A stretch of DNA of 63,018 bases from a virus (taxonomy: Duplodnaviria > Caudoviricetes). The stretch lies in the IMG/VR virus record IMGVR_UViG_3300048838_000780, positions 1 to 63,018 of that record. The stretch is one strand, 5' to 3'. A program made the translations under genes and the position numbers. Below, in pieces: positions 58,807 to 63,018 of this stretch. Within the stretch, counting starts at the first letter, position 1. The number at the start of each line of letters is the position of its first letter. The notes under the pieces were generated by a model, which had not been told where the DNA came from, ran no database searches, and saw nothing but the letters and a program-made list of their open reading frames with translations.

Positions 58807-59457
58807 ATGAAACAGATATTCCTCTTTTTACTCCTCCTCCCCTTCCTCGCTCCCGCGCAAAGCGATCTGGAAGTTACCGACGTGCTCCAGGAGATCGTCG
58901 AAGATGCTGGCGTGTACTACGTCGTCACCACCACTAAGTTTTCAGCAGGTCCGCCGCAGGTAATACCGCAGAAGATCGGAGGACGCCAGGAAATGCTTAC
59001 CTATGCCCAGACAGCCGCCGTAAACCAGCAGCAGGCCATTGCCGCCGCCAGGCGGGTAGTGGTAGAAGACGCGCCGATAGCCTTCCGGCAATTCCTTGGC
59101 CTGGACACGCTTATCAGGGAGATTACCGGGGGAGATACTACCATATACGACCTCAACGCCGGTAGCTACTTCGCACAGTACGAAGGGCGCTACCGCGTCA
59201 GATCGGCCAGCGGGGTAACGGACTACACCGCCAAGATTATACGCCTGGCCAATGGCCAGCTACGCCTGGAGCGGGAAAGCGACGGGGTAAGATACAGCCT
59301 GCTGGTGCTCAGCCCGAAAAGTTTCCGGCTGGTGAACATACCGATAGGCAGCGTACCGGCTGCCGTGTACGACATGAGCGAGATCAGCCCAATGCCCGAC
59401 GGCAAGCCCAGGTACCGGGATGAAACGCGCATTTTCACCATTGTGAAGCTGGAGTAA
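58807..59457 (+). CDS. Signal-peptide protein
   Basis: MKQIFLFLLLLPFLAPA-Q. Confidence 0.7.
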   Translation: MKQIFLFLLLLPFLAPAQSDLEVTDVLQEIVEDAGVYYVVTTTKFSAGPPQVIPQKIGGRQEMLTYAQTAAVNQQQAIAAARRVVVEDAPIAFRQFLGLDTLIREITGGDTTIYDLNAGSYFAQYEGRYRVRSASGVTDYTAKIIRLANGQLRLERESDGVRYSLLVLSPKSFRLVNIPIGSVPAAVYDMSEISPMPDGKPRYRDETRIFTIVKLE

Positions 59458-59879
59458 TGGCCGCGTACCTGCTCCGCATCCTCGGCAGCCTGGCCGCCAT
59501 GTTTGTGGCGGGCTTCATGAACCAGGCCAACGACATTGCCGGAAATGTGGTATGGTACCGCGAAAGCATATTCCCCCAGCCTGGCGAAAGCGCCGGGGCA
59601 TTCTGGGGCACCCAGGGAGAAACCTGGATCAACAAATGGGCAATCAACGAAGCAGGGGCGCCGCTGGTCGGCACGGAGCGGTTTTTGTTCTCCTCTACCC
59701 TGCTGGTCTGGCTTACAGACCTCTGGCATTTCTCGAAGAGCTGCCAGATACTGGCATTCCAGGCGGCTGTACTGCTGTACCGCCGCCCAGATAAAAAAAT
59801 ACTCTACCTGGCCGATCTGGTCGCGCTGAAAATCGCCTTTTCGGCAGGCTGGTACGCCGGAAACGTACTATTGAGATGA
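59457..59879 (+). CDS. Membrane protein with DxWHFSK motif
   Basis: LTDLWHFSK; resembles 40026-40409. Confidence 0.7.
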   Translation: MAAYLLRILGSLAAMFVAGFMNQANDIAGNVVWYRESIFPQPGESAGAFWGTQGETWINKWAINEAGAPLVGTERFLFSSTLLVWLTDLWHFSKSCQILAFQAAVLLYRRPDKKILYLADLVALKIAFSAGWYAGNVLLR

Positions 59880-60148
59880 CGCAAGACAAAACCGTGAACA
59901 TGAGCCCATGGGCCTGGATACTCGACCTGCTGAAAAAGCAGGGCCTTTCTTTCGTGTTGTTGGGCTTTGCCGTCTGGTATTTTTACGGAGAGGTGAAACG
60001 GCTGGAGGAGAAAGCGGATCTGTGCCAGTCAAAGATTATTACCCTCTACCAGGAGGTGATTATCAGGAATACGCACACGCTGGAGGATGTTACGTGGTAT
60101 TTGGATGAGCTGTACCAAAACAAGGATAGACAGAAAAATAAAAAATGA
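59876..60148 (+). CDS. Holin-like protein
   Basis: One TM plus coiled coil, upstream of the amidase. Confidence 0.55.
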   Translation: MTQDKTVNMSPWAWILDLLKKQGLSFVLLGFAVWYFYGEVKRLEEKADLCQSKIITLYQEVIIRNTHTLEDVTWYLDELYQNKDRQKNKK

Positions 60149-60151
60149 TCT

Positions 60152-60403
60152 ATGCGAAACTTATTGCTTTTTGGAATTGGTGTATTGGTCGGCATGGAGC
60201 TGGCCAAAAGCAGGAAGGCCAGCCAGACGCCGGCCGACAACAGCCCGGCACTGACCGACAACCAGACGCCGACAATGGGGGGCCTGTACCAGTACAACCC
60301 GAGCGGATTGAAAGGAGCAATCCCCTATCAGCCATACGGCGTACGCTGGGGCTCCGGCAATCAATATTTAGACACGACGAAAAAGGCGCAGCTGGCAATA
60401 TGA
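60152..60403 (+). CDS. Small membrane protein
   Basis: N-terminal TM; ATGA overlap with the amidase start. Confidence 0.6.
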   Translation: MRNLLLFGIGVLVGMELAKSRKASQTPADNSPALTDNQTPTMGGLYQYNPSGLKGAIPYQPYGVRWGSGNQYLDTTKKAQLAI

Positions 60404-60951
60404 AGCTGAAGCCCTGGCAATGGATTGGCCTGGGGGGAGGGTTGCTTTTCCTCTGGCAAAAAATGCAAGCCGCTGGTATGGTGAACATCATCGACATAAC
60501 GAAGAAATTGCCCAAAGGATCGGGCTCCTACCCTTCCAGGCCGTTGGAAGCTATCAATATGTTCGTGCTGCACCATAGCGCCACCACCAGCGGAGATCCT
60601 TGGGCCTATGCCAGGTATCACGTGGAAAACAATGGCTGGCCAGGCATTGGCTACCATTTTGTGATCCAGAAAGACGGCACCGTTTACCAGACCAACAAAC
60701 TAACCACCGCCAGTTACCACGCCAGTGGAGTGAACAGCCAAAGCGTGGGCATTTGCCTTACTGGCTTTTACGACAACACCCAGCCGCCACCGGCTCAATA
60801 TAATGCCCTGATCGGGCTATTTCGGCTTCTTCGGGATACGCTCGGCCAAAAACCGATTTACGGACACAATAAGTTTTCTTCCAAATCCTGCCCTGGCTCG
60901 GCTCTCGATGTTGCAGGCATCGAGGCCGAAGCATGGGGCCTAAATGTGTAG
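60400..60951 (+). CDS. N-acetylmuramoyl-L-alanine amidase (Amidase_2/T7 lysozyme type) with N-terminal TM
   Basis: VLHHSA, GWPGIGYHF, SVGICLTG and GH...KSCPG motifs. Confidence 0.92.
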   Translation: MKLKPWQWIGLGGGLLFLWQKMQAAGMVNIIDITKKLPKGSGSYPSRPLEAINMFVLHHSATTSGDPWAYARYHVENNGWPGIGYHFVIQKDGTVYQTNKLTTASYHASGVNSQSVGICLTGFYDNTQPPPAQYNALIGLFRLLRDTLGQKPIYGHNKFSSKSCPGSALDVAGIEAEAWGLNV

Positions 60952-60953
60952 CC

Positions 60954-61544
60954 ATGCCAGGAGGAGTAGTTCTTTCCGGAACACCGGGCCAAATTGCCCA
61001 GGTCGTCATTGTAGGCAGCCAAGCCAGCAGAACCGCCCAGGAATCGGCGCTTATTGCCGCCGCTAACCAGGCATGGTTTGCCCTGCCGGCAGATATGGAC
61101 CTCCCGATCTGGCCAGACGGCGCCGCCGTCGTCGAGGCCGGCGTATTTCCGAAGTCTGCCAACGTCAGGCCCGGCCAGGTGCTCTATGCGCAATACAAAG
61201 ACGGTGGCAATTGGGAGATCCGCGCCCGGCTCGAATGGCCCAGCATGGTGGCTATGAAAGATACCTACCTGGCTGTCCTGCTCAACCAAAACCTCCCGGC
61301 TACCGGCCAGGAGTTTCAACCAGAAGAAGACAAAAAGCTCTCTCTGGGGCTCGGGCTGTTCAATCTGTGGATACCGGATTTCCTCCCAAACCTCCCTCCT
61401 CTCGTCTGGCTGCTCATTGCCCTACTCTCCGGATATGGCGCCTATGAGAAAAAGAAAATCGTGCCACGGGTGGCCCTGGGCGCCGTGGCGTGGATCGCCG
61501 CCGCCAAATTCATCCAGTCTAACCAAAAAAATATCCGCTTATGA
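60954..61544 (+). CDS. Membrane protein
   Basis: Two C-terminal TM helices. Confidence 0.6.
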   Translation: MPGGVVLSGTPGQIAQVVIVGSQASRTAQESALIAAANQAWFALPADMDLPIWPDGAAVVEAGVFPKSANVRPGQVLYAQYKDGGNWEIRARLEWPSMVAMKDTYLAVLLNQNLPATGQEFQPEEDKKLSLGLGLFNLWIPDFLPNLPPLVWLLIALLSGYGAYEKKKIVPRVALGAVAWIAAAKFIQSNQKNIRL

Positions 61545-61939
61545 AAAAGATCCTCGCTCTGTTTTCTCTTCTGCTGATCGCCATTATGGCATTTGCCCAG
61601 CAGGCCGTTGGCGATACCATTGTATTGCCTGATCCCCTTGGGCCCAGCTCTACCCTGCCCGATTTCCTCAACCTTTACAGCCTCCTGGAGGGCGCTGTAA
61701 TCGTCATACTCGGATATCTCCATAACTGGATCCCGGGTTTGAATCTCATACCGGCAAAATGGTTCCGTATTGTGCTTATTGGCGCCGGGGTGGGGGTTAT
61801 TTTCGTAGCCCTGGGATTCGCCAATGGTATCGGCACCGTCTTTGTATTTTTGCAGGCCGTTGGCTTTTATTCCCTTATCCTGAAGCCGGTGGCGCCCAGC
61901 CCTCCCGTACCTCCCAAACCTGAAAAAACCGGCAGATGA
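61541..61939 (+). CDS. Signal-peptide multi-TM protein
   Basis: Leader ends in AFA-Q, then three TM helices. Confidence 0.65.
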   Translation: MKKILALFSLLLIAIMAFAQQAVGDTIVLPDPLGPSSTLPDFLNLYSLLEGAVIVILGYLHNWIPGLNLIPAKWFRIVLIGAGVGVIFVALGFANGIGTVFVFLQAVGFYSLILKPVAPSPPVPPKPEKTGR

Positions 61940-62247
61940 TCAAATTACCCGACAATCCAGGCGCCCGCCGGTGGCTGCAAATCAACTGGCGAATTACTGA
62001 CGCATTCGGCGCAATCGAAAAAGAGGGCAGCCTCAAACTATACACCAGCCGTTGGGCTTTCGGTGAGCCTTACCTGCTGCTGGAGGTGATCCAGGAGCTG
62101 GGAAGAAACCCCAAAGAGTTTCTGGGCAATCGATCACGCCTGAATATTACTTGGTCCACGTTGCCAGTGCCCCACCCTCTTAGCACAACTGAAGAAGGTT
62201 TCCGGGAATGGTTCAAAAAAGAAAGCGCAGATGAAGAAGTCCGATAA
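61936..62247 (+). CDS. Hypothetical protein
   Basis: Coupled ORF. Confidence 0.55.
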   Translation: MIKLPDNPGARRWLQINWRITDAFGAIEKEGSLKLYTSRWAFGEPYLLLEVIQELGRNPKEFLGNRSRLNITWSTLPVPHPLSTTEEGFREWFKKESADEEVR

Positions 62248-62518
62248 CTTGCTCACCATTGGCCTGATCGGCGTGGGGATCTACCTGCTGACCAAACAGC
62301 AGCAGCCCAGGTACAATTACTACCCGCAATACCCGCAGATCCCACCGGCGCCGCCGCCCAATACGGCACAGTGGCAACAATGGGTAAGCCTGGTAGTAAA
62401 TTCCTTTGGCGCCGTGGCAAACCTCTGGGCGCCAGGTGGGCCGTTTTACAATCAACCACTCAACCAAACCCAGGCCATTGAAATAGGCCAGGGTACGGAT
62501 TATTCCGATTACGTATGA
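62231..62518 (+). CDS. Small membrane protein, P/Q/Y-rich
   Basis: N-terminal TM. Confidence 0.6.
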   Translation: MKKSDNLLTIGLIGVGIYLLTKQQQPRYNYYPQYPQIPPAPPPNTAQWQQWVSLVVNSFGAVANLWAPGGPFYNQPLNQTQAIEIGQGTDYSDYV

Positions 62519-62712
62519 TAGGCAAGAAAGTCTATATCCAAGATCTCGACCAGGTGGGCCGCGTCCGGTCAATGGCCGGCGAACAAATTGAAACCGTCGA
62601 AGTACAGACGCCGGACGGGCCCAAACTGGTTAACGTGCTGGAGAAGGGGTACAAGGTGATCAACCTGGTACTGGCTATCCTTCAGCTACTGTTGAAGTTT
62701 TTTGGGAAGTAA
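62515..62712 (+). CDS. Small protein with C-terminal hydrophobic helix
   Basis: Coupled ORF; weakly resembles 10570-10878. Confidence 0.6.
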   Translation: MIGKKVYIQDLDQVGRVRSMAGEQIETVEVQTPDGPKLVNVLEKGYKVINLVLAILQLLLKFFGK

Positions 62713-62792
62713 GGTTTCACAAATAGCGATGAAAAAATCCGGGGCGTTTGCTCCGGCTTTTGTATTTTCGGGAAAACCAAAACCTTTTCCCA

Positions 62793-62891
62793 ATGAAAAA
62801 AATCCTTTTCCTCGCCGGCCTACTGGCGCTGGCATCCTGCCAAAAAGATCCCCAGGAAAAACTCTGTGAGGGCATTATTTGCAACAATGGT
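62793..62891 (+). CDS. 5' part of the EGF-like lipoprotein
   Basis: MKKILFLAGLLALASC lipobox, then QKDPQEKLCEGIICNNG. Confidence 0.85.
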
Positions 62892-63018
62892 GAATACCTT
62901 TCGATTGTGGATGCAATCGACCTCAAGTTTGGATCGGCCGATAACCCCTTCGAAGAATTCGTCTTCGACTTCGATTGGCATTTGGTCCCCTTGTCCGGAT
63001 CGGATCCCCGAAAGTGGA
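62892..63018 (+). repeat. 127-bp exact copy of 42109-42235
   Basis: Direct comparison. Confidence 0.97.

Larger units (their letters stand above)
42874..62891. mobile_element. Genome B: 20,018-bp circular temperate tailless-virus-like element
   Basis: Ends rejoin in frame; integrase/repressor/xis, DUF3987 with origin, structural block and amidase; abrupt switch to CTG/CAG-rich codons. Confidence 0.85.

Noticed and set aside
60145-60399. N-terminal extension of the amidase
   Set aside because: Overlaps the more plausible ORF 60152-60403; an ATGA overlap supports the start at 60400
42874-62891. B as a PICI-like satellite using A's capsid
   Set aside because: B has its own large structural and lysis block, and no terminase small subunit or capsid-redirecting gene was recognised; not fully excluded

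Overview
The window looks like two different, apparently complete circular viral genomes joined end to end. Bacteroidota-type promoters, signal peptides followed by Gln and the lack of Shine-Dalgarno sites suggest a Bacteroidota host. Genome A (1-42747; 1-127 recurs exactly at 42748-42874) is a tailed phage with all genes on the + strand. It encodes DUF932, a PD-(D/E)XK nuclease, a Gp3-like protein, a replication initiator with iterons, an amidase, ParB-DUF4417, TerS/TerL, portal, a frameshifted tail chaperone, tape measure, scaffold, capsid, and repeat-rich fibre-like proteins that unusually carry signal peptides. Genome B (42874-62891, 20,018 bp) has different codon and oligonucleotide usage, and its two ends rejoin in frame into one EGF-domain lipoprotein gene. 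B has a truncated tyrosine integrase, repressor, excisionase, DUF3987 protein with an iteron origin and an amidase, but no recognisable terminase, portal, tail or packaging ATPase. Its structural block has many membrane proteins, small basic proteins, a candidate jelly-roll capsid protein, a transglutaminase-fold Cys-His-Asp enzyme and repeated adenovirus-protease-like (I/L/V)xGxG motifs. It also has a fibre polyprotein with an internal second signal peptide. The last 127 bp copy 42109-42235 of A, implying that a 766-bp piece of A flanks B on both sides (real cointegrate or assembly/amplification chimera). All family assignments are by eye from motifs; no searches were run.
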